A stretch of 61,588 bases of DNA, filler included, from Choristocarpus tenellus KU-1152 (taxonomy: Eukaryota > Protista > Phaeophyceae): NCBI GenBank assembly GCA_964200185.2. It is 10 parts of 10 records of this genome, joined end to end, with 100 filler letters (N's around TTAATTAATTAA, not from the genome) between each part and the next. Parts side by side here need not be neighbours in the genome. Positions count along the whole stretch, not along the records: positions 6,258 to 19,877 come from CAXNAD020001431.1; positions 19,978 to 31,091 come from CAXNAD020002498.1; 8 more parts are not named here. One strand, given 5' to 3'. Shown here piece after piece: positions 11,700 through 23,202 of this stretch (positions within the stretch are counted from its first letter, which is position 1; each line of letters opens with the position of its first letter). Both the position numbers and the translations under genes were made by a program. The notes beneath the pieces are model-generated. The model saw nothing but the letters and a program-made list of their open reading frames with translations, ran no database searches and was not told the DNA's origin.

Positions 11700-14600
11700 A
11701 CTCACTGAATACTCCCCATGGTGTATATAGTAAGAACTTAACATGAGTTTGTTGTGCTTTCTGTCGCAAATCTAACTCTGGCATCTTTTTTGTAAGGTGT
11801 TGTCGCTTCTTCTGAGTTCCAGTTCACTCTTTAACAAGGGTACCTACCTTGATCATGGGATATATTCAGATTTAGTACATACACACCTCTACTTATAGCA
11901 TGAATCACTATCCGTGACCACAGCACTGAATAGTGCTGTACCTCACAGAGCATGTCACAAGATGCACATAGTGCATTTCATCGCAGTGCTTGAGTATATT
12001 AGGTCCCCTCTTAGCTTGGCCTCTATACAGGGACCTCATGAAAACTAATGATAGATGGGAAACTTTTATTGAATCAATTACTGTTTGTTGTCCAGTCTGT
12101 AGCAAACCAGTGCCTGCATACTCTGTATCAACTTATAGTACAAACTGCTCTTAGCTCTTAGTTTCAGTATGAAGGGGACAGTCATGTAATGGTGTGTAGG
12201 TGGTCAAGGATCCCCAACTTTCTTTATGTATCTGAAAGAATATAGGTTGCACGAGTGGCACAAGTGACCGGATCATCCTTGCCTACCCTCTTGGAACAGT
12301 TTATGCTATTGGTGCCTTTGCGATCAAGGTCAATATTGGACAGAAATCTACATTCATGGCTTAAGAAAGAGCCTGTACGTTTTCCTCCAAATTGGTGTCC
12401 TCTGAAAGTTCATGAAGGATATTTTGATGGCCTTGTCTTTTCTACCCATATCCTTCGTTCACAACTGTGACGAACAATCACTCGGGTAGATCCCTTACTT
12501 AGTCGCAGGTATACCTACCAGATCCATACTATTTGCCACTTTATTGCAGTTTCACAACTCTTGGGCAATTCCAACGTGTTTTACCCAATGTGGGGATTTT
12601 GGACACACTCTTTAATGACGTCTGGACCTGGAGTACAAACACCCTACCGCCAAAGTAAGGAGCCCAAATGGTTCCTGTATGTGTATGTGTGTGTGTTTGG
12701 GAATGCTTTGATAATAATAGTCCAATCTTCTAAAACAAGCTTCGAAACATTTCACAGAGCGGCTTACGACCTGCTTGCCAGATGTACTTTCTGATCGCGC
12801 TTATGACCCTACTCTAAGCTGTTCTCCAAGAAAAATGACAAGCCATCTATTGACTTAATGTCATCAACCCTTTATGAAATGCATACGCAGTCAACCCACT
12901 GGCACCTTCTAGTGTTCAAGGATCACTTTTTACTATGTTGACGAGGGGAAAGACTGCATCAGCAAATCTATAAACATCATTAAATAGCGTAAGACCATAA
13001 AATATACGAGCTTGTTCATATTTTTAGGAAAACGTTGCATGCCTATTTATCCCTTAAAAATAGAAGCATAGATGCTTGTAGAATTGCCGCAAAAGTCATC
13101 AATAAATAATCTATGGGTCTGATAAACTCCTTGAACGCACATTGATCTTTGACCAACACACAGATTGAGCACGCATTGGGTACACACCAAGTTCAACTCT
13201 TCATAAAATAATAAGACGTCACCCCTGAAGGGAAATCCACAATATAGCAGTTTGGGCAGTGAGATGTAATTCTCGTTTAATCTGCACTATGAAATTGATA
13301 TTCTTAATAAAAAAGTTAAGAAAATCGCATTGTGTTTTTCGACATAAGCCTTCAATAAGAGTCTTTTTTATCTCATTTTCTTAACACCATTCTTTTTAAT
13401 TTTTTTCTTGAATTCCTCTTTTGGAAACTCATGTATTTCATATTTGGTTAATATAGTTGAAAATAAACTTTGGGAAAAGGAGACCTACTCATTCCCTTGA
13501 CCAGAACCCTAGCCCTAGTATTAAAAATACAAAATGTGTCACTAACAAAGAAACTGTACATCACACAAGTGGGCCACCTGTCTGCCTCACTTTTAGAAAG
13601 CCTCTTTTTTTCTCCTTTTTTGATATGTGAGTTCAGGAAGTGCAAAATATTAGTACTGAGTAACCAGAAATTGTGAAGTGGCAGTTCAATTCTGGGAGGT
13701 CCATAAATCCGTGCACGACTTACCCAACATTAGCTCTCTCTTCATCAATCACAATAGGACATCCTGTAGAAAAATCTCCCAAAAAGAACATGGAGACACA
13801 GATTGGTTTGCAATTCACAATTATTCACTTCGTGGTATACCGTACGTACAATGTCACCCTGAAAAATATCTCCATGAACAGCTTGGGCATGGCATCAACG
13901 TGTTGAAGACAACCTGCAATTTTTTTCGAAAGAGAGTGATGTGCCTTCCATGATAATATGTTATTTGCAGATACTTTCATCACCATAAATTCCCTCCATC
14001 GTTAGAAGAAATCCAACCTCTCCTTTAGGATTTCCTTTTTTCGGGTCTTTCACAGTAGCTAGGAAAGACCAGATACAAGTGATGGAGCACATGCAAAAAC
14101 ACTTCAGGTTTGTGCGTTGTCCATAAAAACCTGGAGTGTGACTGTTTTAATGTCCCCAAAAGTAAGGCGTTAAGCACAGGGAATCTGCACTGCAACCCCT
14201 GAAGTGGTATGTAGTGGAGGAGTGGGCGCACTAAGTGTACTGACTGGTGAGATCAACACAATTTTAGTCGAGATCTTATCTGCACTGCTGTCTGCATTGT
14301 GGAACAAGAAGGAGTTCAATATTTGGGTTATTTCCATAATGAGTGTTTCGTTAGAACTACAACAGTAGAAGAAATTAATAACCTGTTATAATTTGCGAGC
14401 ATTATAGCATTGAACTGTCCAATGGTTTTCAAATGAAGCTGGAGCATTGGGAATTCAAGAGGGCCTCAACTTAAATGATGACTGGATCTACCCTTATGTA
14501 TATGGAAAAGTTTCATGATGGCTACCTACTAGTCATTTCCAATGCCACTTACGTTATATTGTGTGCAAGTGGAAAAATATTGTTGGTTCTATATTTGGTC

Positions 14601-15120
14601 ACAACATTAAGTCACAACCATGTTGTGGGCGGTATTGGATATTTTATGAAAATATTTGACTACAAGGTGAACAGACTATATTGCGTAGCAAACCGAAAGG
14701 TGCCAAAGATTCATGATTGACGAGGTGGTTTCAACCTTCAAGCAAAATGCTGTTCGATTTTGATAATTTTCAAGGTTTGAGAATAGGTTGATGAAAACGA
14801 TCTTGTTGTTACCAGCTAGTATATTTCTTAGAGAAAATTCGTCTGACTACCTGTCCATTCAATTCAGTCTCCTAGAAAATCATTATATTTTTCAAAATGT
14901 GAAAGAGTTAACGTATCAAATTAACGTAAACCAAAACTGGAAGAGGTACTTTACTTTGTTCCTTGTCGAAAATCTCAGTTTAGTCATGAAACTCAACATC
15001 CTACGTCACCATTTCTCACCTCCTAAATTTCCCACAATCACTAACGCTTTGGTTGGTATGAGATAATGAAGTGGTGGCAACAGATAGGAGCCTCTACCTT
15101 AACTGCTGTCTCAGGCAAGG
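11700..15120 (-). pseudogene. Heavily decayed family B DNA polymerase of Polinton/Maverick type
   Basis: Ordered motif remnants on the minus strand across frameshifts: GRGSYL..P...KALV (~15098-15030), KVPLPVLVYVN (YADFE-like, ~14950-14920), DLTSQY.SAP (DHLTGxY-like, ~14250), KNMN..YGLTLFN (KxxxNxxYG, ~13025-12980), KVIL..PVG..KGLM (~12930-12860), GEQLRV..SES (YxDTDS position, ~12830-12790), LRAK..Y (~12160), YTPWG (~11720). Confidence 0.6.
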
Positions 15121-16006
15121 ACACTGATCGAAAGTAATTGGTAACGCCAGTTTAGCAATGAAGTGATTCTAACAGCTGCAATTTAGCTTGGACAAAACAA
15201 AGCTTTGAGAATGATGAGATAATGCATTAAGAATTCTCAAGCCCCAATCAAAATACAATAATAATCAACACCTCAAGTTCGATCAGCCCTTTCACAAAGT
15301 AAGTCCTTCCCTACTTCGACCACCACGTATAGTGGAACGGTCATTTCTATTCTCCACCTTACACTTGGCATTTTTTTCTCATCTATTGGGAAGGCGTATG
15401 TATCTCTTCTTGTTGTCATCATCTTATCCACTTAGGCAGTGCCTTCCTAGGTGGAGTACCCTTCCCATAATTTTCGAAGGGAAACGTTTATATTTTACGC
15501 ACATCTGCCTTTCAAGGCACAGAAGAGGTTTGAGGAGGTGGAAATACAAGCTTACGTGATTGATAAGGCGATATGGTGATTGATACTCTATGCATCTGAG
15601 GTTGCATACAAAAGGGGACCTTGAGTCATTCCTTCTCCATGGCTTAAGGGCCAACTGAGTAGGCAGGCAGAGGCGCAACCTATTGAATATTAGGTGACAA
15701 GCAACAGTGTGGAAGTATCAAGACTTCTCATGCCCATCCAACCTACACCAATATCCCACAATGCCCTCGAATTTTGTGGTTTGTCTCAAAATTGGGAAAT
15801 GCTAGGAGAAAGTGCGCACACCTTTAAAATGACCTATATAGTGGTAGTGCAGAGTACAGCACCATGTTTGAAGCCATACTAACCTAAATATATTTGTTTG
15901 TTTGAGACCCAGCTAACTCGAAACGTCAGATTACACTATCATATATTAAAAGGTAACTGTGAAAATCACAGTGGATACGTACTGTTAAGCATGTGCTAGG
16001 TCTTTC

Positions 16007-16398
16007 TGTGCAATTCAGGATGGTGGTAGTCTGTGGGCTGCATAAAGTTTTTGATAGCAAGCAGCTTGTAATAAAAATGTTTGCTGAGTGGTTTAATAAT
16101 TGGCAATCACGTGTCTCTGCACGGCCTGCGTCATGGGTTCAAATCTTAACGGACTTATTTGTTTCTTTTTTGGTTTGCTACAAGTGACTGACGCAGTTAA
16201 GACTAAGGCAGAACGACTTATGCAATGCAACTGATACAGAGACGTTCTGACGTGTCTGCTGACGTGCGCAGTAGGTAACGAGGCAGGGCACCCCCCCCAA
16301 CCCTCGAGGGATGGTGCTCACTCCGCTAATTAATTCATCCATACCACATAAAGCAAAAACTATTTGAACAGCTTTTTTTTGGACAGGTTATGAGCCTC
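16007..16398 (+). mobile_element. Copia 5' LTR (16007-16385) followed by primer-binding site GGTTATGAGCC
   Basis: Starts TGTGCAA; 3' half aligns with LTRs at 11269 and 19584 (GACGTGTCTGCTGACGTGCGCA, GCTCACTCCGCTAAT); PBS is complementary to the GGCTCATAACC anticodon arm of initiator tRNA-Met. Confidence 0.8.
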
Positions 16399-17566
16399 AC
16401 ACGTATGGAAGTGAACCCACTTTTGCACATTTTCTCTAAGGTTTTCTTAACATGGGTGTTGAGTTGAGTAGACTGTTTTAGGGGGCTCAAATCGGGTGTT
16501 CTATTTAACCTTGACATGATATTGTCCAACGAAGGTATCAATCCTTCAGTTGGGTGACTGGAAAACTTAAATTCTGGAGTACATAGGGGTGTTCAACTGC
16601 TCAAAGCCATTCATTCACAACATAGAAAGTGGTCGTGGAAATGTGGAACATGGAGTTTTGTGGATCATAGCCAAGTGCCATGCCTCCTTGACAATTTATC
16701 AATGCTGAGTGGTGAATTTGGAATATCAAACCACTGGTGGACTTTTCGTATGGAAGAGTTACATAATGGCGCGGTAGGTCTGGCGATTTACGAGTCGGGT
16801 TGATAACAATTTCGACATGATGACATCAACTACATTCACAACATGCAAATGATCTAAAGGGGGATATCATAATTGAGGTACTGAGAACGTCAACCTGGAT
16901 GATAGCGAAGCGAAGGACTAGAAAGATGGGTAAAAGGGATAAAATGTGCAAAAGGGCAAAACAGCTTATTAGCTCTACATGAATACAACCCTCTTCAAAA
17001 TGCTTCGACTCTTCAGTGAGCCCAGCATCGATGAACGTGGCTTGCAAAGCTAATCCCACACAATATCCACATGTATATGTACCATATGCATGTAATATAT
17101 TGTCTACTATAAACAAAAGGCACCAAATGTCCTGTTCTCTTTGTTTTCATGGTTTGAACACCAACAAATACTACAAAATGCTTCAATGCTACCACTAGAA
17201 GTTAGAGCTAGCTCTATTCCTGGTGTTCGCTATCATGCCAAAACCACCATCTATACTCAAAAATTGCTTTGAAACGCACGCATTCTGTTCTGAATTGCTT
17301 TATATAAGTCCTGAAATATCAGAAATAGAATACAATACACTATTTGGGTAATTTCCACCCCATTCTAAAATATCAAAAAACCTCGAATAACTTCTTACCT
17401 CTAAATTCAACTCTCCGCTTAGTCCTTCACATTTTACTTGTCCTCAACATTCACCCAATATATTTATAATCAATGATGAAGTACAAGATCATACCATACC
17501 CATACTCCTAAGTAAAGTGATGGGTCACATACCAAGGTGGACAGCTTAGAAGCACAGGTCTCAACA

Positions 17567-17619
17567 TGTGCAAAAAAGAGCTGTTCGAATAGAGTTTTTG
17601 CTTAATGTGGTAATATGAA
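17567..17619 (-). mobile_element. Inverted fragment of the same Copia LTR 3' end
   Basis: Reverse complement ...AAGCAAAAACTCTATTCGAACAGCTCTTTTTTGCACA matches 16350-16385. Confidence 0.8.
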
Positions 17620-19877
17620 CCGAAGAAATTCGTCAACTGGACTGCGGAGCAATAGTACGACCAGTGGAGACTTGGAGACTGTTATTGATCGCCTACGCTG
17701 GTGGAAAAGGTTTGTACGAGATTACGACGAGGGACTACGAGATTCCTGAAGCATTCACAAAGATCTCGGGAGAGGCAGTGCGTACAGCACATGCTACACG
17801 CACGAAGAATTAGAAAAAGTCAACAAAGGACGCACGGAGGACGAGATCCCTTGCAGCGACAACACAAGACCGGATATAAACTACAGGAAGCTGAAACGCG
17901 GGCCATCATATCATCATCGCCATCCCAACAAAGTGGACCTGCACCTTTGACACAAATGGGAAGCTTGAGGCTAAGGAGACATGGGATATGGTATAGTCGA
18001 TAAGGAGCAGGAACTGGAGATCAAGGAGGATACTTTGGGTACCTTGTATGCCATGCCGAATATTGAGCAGTCGGACCCTGGGACAAGATGACGGAGTTAA
18101 TCGAGGCAATTCAGCCGGAGCTGCAATCCTGAGCCTGAACCTGAGCCTGAACCTGAGCCTGAGCTTGAGCCTGAACCTGAGCCTTAGCCACAAGAATGTG
18201 CCTATGGACCTGGAGCAGTCGTCACAACACTTGTCCCTGAAGGGGGCATGCCCATCGATTGAAAACCCCTAGATTCTTGCTTACGGGATGAGAAAAGCAA
18301 TTGTTGTACCTGCCACTAGGGGAGCAGGACATTAAGCAGGAGTAGTAGTAACTAAGCCTCCACCACAAAAGAAAGGAGGACCTAACCGCGGGGAGCCTGG
18401 GAGCACTCTAGCCGCTGGACCTTAAACTCAGGAAGAGAACAGATAAGGTCCGCAGAAGAGGCGGCCAAGGTACAACTGGTCAATGTACGGACCATATCAC
18501 AACAGGATCCCCTACCAGAGACGAGATCAGGACCAACAGTAGAAGTTTAAACTGTGGTCGGATCAAAAGCATATTGGTCCTTATTCTTTCGAATATGATA
18601 CAACTGTGGATATAAAGGAGATCTTTATATCGTTTGTCGCCAGAGGAAAGCGACAGGCGTCTAAAGAGGCGGAGGAATTACCTGGACATACTTCAAAGGG
18701 GTCACAACTTGGTATGGAGACAATCGAGGTGCAACTCTAGCAGTAATTACGATTGGAAAATTTCAATGGACGGACAAGGCATGTCACATTATACAAGAAT
18801 GCACCAGGGAGTATGTTAGTGGAGGGTCTTTGAGGCATCCTGGGGGAGCTGGACATACTTCAAAGGAGTCAGGACTTCGTATGGAGACAATCGAGGTGAA
18901 ATTCTAGGAGCGATAACTGTTGGAATATTTCAATGGACAGACAAGGCATGTCACATCAAACTAGAATGCACCAAAAGGAAGGTTGTCAGCAAAGGGCTGC
19001 CTGCAGAAGACTTGTAAGTCTGGGAAGTAAATAATATCTACTCCGGACCATCAAGAACCATCTCTTCAATATCAGACCATCTAGACCATCTACCCCTATG
19101 CAAGCATCCTCCAGACCATCTATCCCATTCCACAAGCATTCTCGGCCAACTCATGTTTCTAGCAGGCATGACTCGACCGGACCTGGCCAACAGCGTTCGT
19201 GAACTGGGGCGTAAAGCAGCCTCTCCATGCATGCTGTACTGGCGCGGACTGCAACACGTTCTGTGCTACGTAGCAGACACACTGGACGTCTGCGTTCACA
19301 ATGGTCGGGGAACTAAAGATATGAATGAAGGGGACGGAGAGCTCTTGGTGGGGCATGGGATTCCGACTGGGGCTCCGACTCCCAAACACACAGGAGCGTC
19401 ACAGGTTACCTACTCTTGTTGAATGGATCGCCGATTGCCTGGCGCTCTAAGCTTCAAGGCGCCGTCACCCTCTCCAGCTCGGACGCAGAGTGGACGGCAA
19501 TGGCATACGGCATGCGTATTGCATTTTACTTCGAGGCATTCTGGGGGAGATCGGCGTACTACAGGACCAGACTCCCTGGTTCTTGTGCAATATATAGGCT
19601 AGGCAGTCTATAGGGTGTTATCTGTTTACTGAATAGTGACATACAACAGAAGTATTGACTGAGTACACTAAGGGTCAAGGACTTGATTCGGTATACTTCT
19701 TCTAGTAGTAGAATCGAGTCTCGGTGGACTGATTTTTTATTTTTACAATACAAGTGGCTAACATAGTGCGACAGACACAGACATTTTGACGTGTCTGCTG
19801 ACGTGCGCAATAGATAATAATATAAGGGAGAGCACCCCACCACCAAGGGCTGTGCTCACTCCGCTAATAAATGAATC
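17620..19877 (+). mobile_element. Second degenerate copy of the Copia family (internal region, RT/RNase H, 3' LTR 19584->contig end)
   Basis: ~17820-19070 aligns with ~9320-10215; MFLAGMTRPDLANSVRELGR and NGSPIAWRSKLQGAVTLSSSDAEW are Copia RT-end/RNase H motifs; (CCTGAR)n hexamer run at 18128-18186. Confidence 0.88.
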
Positions 19878-19977
19878 NNNNNNNNNNNNNNNNNNNNNNN
19901 NNNNNNNNNNNNNNNNNNNNNTTAATTAATTAANNNNNNNNNNNNNNNNNNNNNNNNNNNNNNNNNNNNNNNNNNNN

Positions 19978-20044
19978 ATCTAGTGAAAATCGAAAAAAGG
20001 GTGAAAAACGGACGCCGACACCCCCCCCAAGATACTTTGACCCT
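19978..20044 (-). mobile_element. MITE family A terminus at contig start
   Basis: GGACGCCGACACCCCCCCCAAGATACTTTGACCCT. Confidence 0.85.
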
Positions 20045-21679
20045 CTAGATAGTCTAATTATCATATATTGTAGCTGCCTTGATGATGGATCTTTCAAAGC
20101 TATTGCTGTGATAGAACTGGATGAGCATCCCCCACAGATTGGCTGCATCGTATTTATTTTCCTTCAGGCTGGCCTTGATGATATCGATGGTGATGGTAGT
20201 GATCCTTGCCCACGTCATGATTATCGTTACTTTTCTTACTCTTCGTCTCACTTTCGTCTGGATCTTGGAACCACTACTTCAATCCTACCTAGCCCCAACC
20301 CAAGTTCATAGACACTACACAGTTCACTAGTAATCATTTACGATACAGTCTGTTACACTACACCTAACTGCAATGGCCGGTGTGTGCCTTGCATTTTCTC
20401 ACACCTGGACTTTGGTCATCCCATTGCTCATCACTTCGCCTCCTCCTTCGAATCTTCTACATAGTTCGTTCGACCATACTGATGATACCTTGGAAACAAA
20501 ATGATTATGGTTTTTCCAACTTTTCTTGTTGTTTAGTGAGAGGAAGAGAAATGGTGTACGTTTTTGTTGTGCTTGCCACTTAGTTCATCGAAACGAGGTC
20601 TCCTTGAGAGACTCCTTGATGAGATTTGAACCTGCTTATCCCAATGAAACTGGTGGACTACCACTCAGTGAACTATGAGGAAAGGTGGACAGGTAGGTAT
20701 GGGTAATAAGTAATCAGATATGCCATCAGTATAAGACGTTAAATGTTGGTAATCAGTGCAAGGACACATGGACACCGCCAATTGAACCGCAAATGCAGGT
20801 TGGAGGAGCTAACCAGTCATGTAACAGCAAATCATTAGCGGTATTGAATTATAATGAAGTATATCATGGATACGTCTTGTTATCCCATCCGTATCATTCT
20901 ATTCTGTGTTGTAGTGGTAGGTAGATATACGAGAGGAAGTGGATCATTACGTACATGTGTATGGGCCATCAGAAAACGTCCCTCCCTTGTCTTTGTAATT
21001 CAGTCTAGAGTAGAGGTCAAACATCGATGCCGATGCACACACTCCTAATCTAATACATCATCAAAGGAAACATACTCATGGGGCACATCGTTTTCAAACA
21101 GGGATAGTTGAACATTAAACACAATGGCTAAGTCTTTATAAAAATGCGCGTATGCTCGAAATTGGGTTTGGTCATGCATGAGTGTGAATTTAATGCCAAA
21201 GTGCATGGTTAGCATACTTTCTCCGAGGGTACGCCCCCAGCGTGTACACTCTCCGGCATACACATTACTACCACTGGTGACCGACAAGATCGAGTGTACT
21301 CTCCTTCACGCAAGGTACCATTGTCCAAGGATACGACCCCGTCGAAAGGGGTTTGCAACACCTTAGCAGGTGATAATTTGTATACTACTACATAATAGTA
21401 GTAGTTGTTGAATATCTTAAGGGTCCACAGATCAAAAGGAAAGAACACGCGTACATATCTTCCCTCCGGAGGTCTAGGAGAGGGTGGGTGGGTGAGACTA
21501 GTAGCATTGCATACAGTGCCTCGCCAAATTGCGCTTCCATGGTGTAAACGTCTCACTACTTGATAAGTGAATTATCCCATCTAAGAAGGGAGGTGGCGTT
21601 GAGTTGAAAGGGCCACTATGACTGCCTTGGGGCGTATCTGTTCGAACACAGTGGAGGGTGCGTTCGGAAAAAAGCGTAT

Positions 21680-22600
21680 TGACAGCTAGCTTATCTTCTT
21701 CCACAACCATACCACCCTTAGGTATTTTTTACTGCATCTCAGGCATGGGCACGGTGCACATTGCACAAGATTGAAAAGGCCTCGAAACTCAGAAGGTCTG
21801 AGATGGACGACCCCCCTTTTAGCTAGTTTCACTCTGTACACAACGTGTGTACTACTTGCAGTTGAGCATAGCTTGGCTCTCTCAACGAGCTCTGCCCAAG
21901 GTGGCCTCCCCTGCCCTTGCCTAAACAAGGGCATCGAACCTTGTTGGTCGTGGCATGTCTGCCATGCACGGTCTGCAGCTAGTGAGCTTTCACATGCATC
22001 ACCTCATCCACTCCTCCAATAGATTCAACATGAAATCAGGAAGTTCCAGCACAGTCCCTCGAAGCCGTTGGTGCTGTCCACAGGTATAAATTTGTCTTCA
22101 TCAGGCAGGGTGTGAAATCGTAGGCACAAATCTGGGTATGACAATCTCCTCATCTCAGGCTATGTTGAACAATGTGTGAACGGGCAGGAACACCGGTAGG
22201 TTCCCCTACACTAGAGGGGGGAAAAGATAAAACAATAATGTTAGTTGCAACCTCTCATTAGTTTCAATGTCAAGTTTGTTCCAACAAATTGCAGGAAATC
22301 CGTAGTCCATACCACCGGACTGCTGGCCATTTGTTGACCTGCAATAGAGATGGGGGTGAGGGCAAGAGAAGAATATCTCGCTTTAGAGGGTTTTAGTCAT
22401 TCTTCTGACCAGCCCCTAGACCCTCAAAACCAACCCCAATTGCAACTGCAGATGCCATATCTGGACCTTTGAGTGGGGATGCCCAAGAGGTTGTGGATGA
22501 GCTTGAAAAAGGTGACATGTGCAAGCCTCATCTTGAACACGACAGGGTCATCCTGCTGGTGGTTCATGTTAATGGGGCGGCAGCTCAGAGTCTGCCGTAC
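21680..22600 (-). pseudogene. Probable PIF/Harbinger-type transposase relic
   Basis: VFKMRLAHVTFFKLI (FRxRF..F..L-like), SIGGVDEVMHV (IG..D..H), GKG.G, RGVVHL..EFRGLFN, KGGMVV in the expected order but in broken frames. Confidence 0.35.
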
Positions 22601-23202
22601 CATAATATACTGCTATTGTTTTTTCTTGCTACTTAGGTTGAAAAAATAGTTGCAGTGGTCATTTCAGGGACAAATTGAAGCTTCACTTCTACCAAATATG
22701 TCACGAGGACTGAATACCTCGAGCAAATGTACCGCAACGTCACCAACACTATCATCTCCATTAAAGCTCACTGTTCGAAAAACACCTTTGCAACACAGAT
22801 ATCAATAACAGAGTTCTAATAGACCGAACTAATGCCTTGTCAAGGCCGAGCACCAAAAACTATAGCCACGGCTCTGATATCTGGGACCAGCAGAACATGG
22901 CATGCACTTTCGGACAATCAATAATTGAGTTAGCAGCCATGCTTAGTCCTAATCCATGGATAATACCAACATTATCCCACTTCAAGTATTAGCTAGCACC
23001 ACTAGTACCACATGCTCTCTGTGCCACACATCTCCCAGTCAAGACCTCCCTTCGATCCCTGACCTATGTGGCAAAGGCCTCTTCAAAAGAACCCAAAAGT
23101 AAGATTAATGCTGCAAAAACAAAATGTACAAAGGGCACATCAAAGAGAGAGTTAGATGTATATTAAAAGCAGAGAGTAGTAACTGATACTATTAGATACA
23201 CA

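Noticed and set aside
17906-18272. LRLRFR / LSLNLS repeat ORFs
   Set aside because: Alternative frames of a (CCTGAR)n hexamer run within the Copia copy.
20100-21362. Possible minus-strand exons
   Set aside because: Could not be joined into a consistent model.
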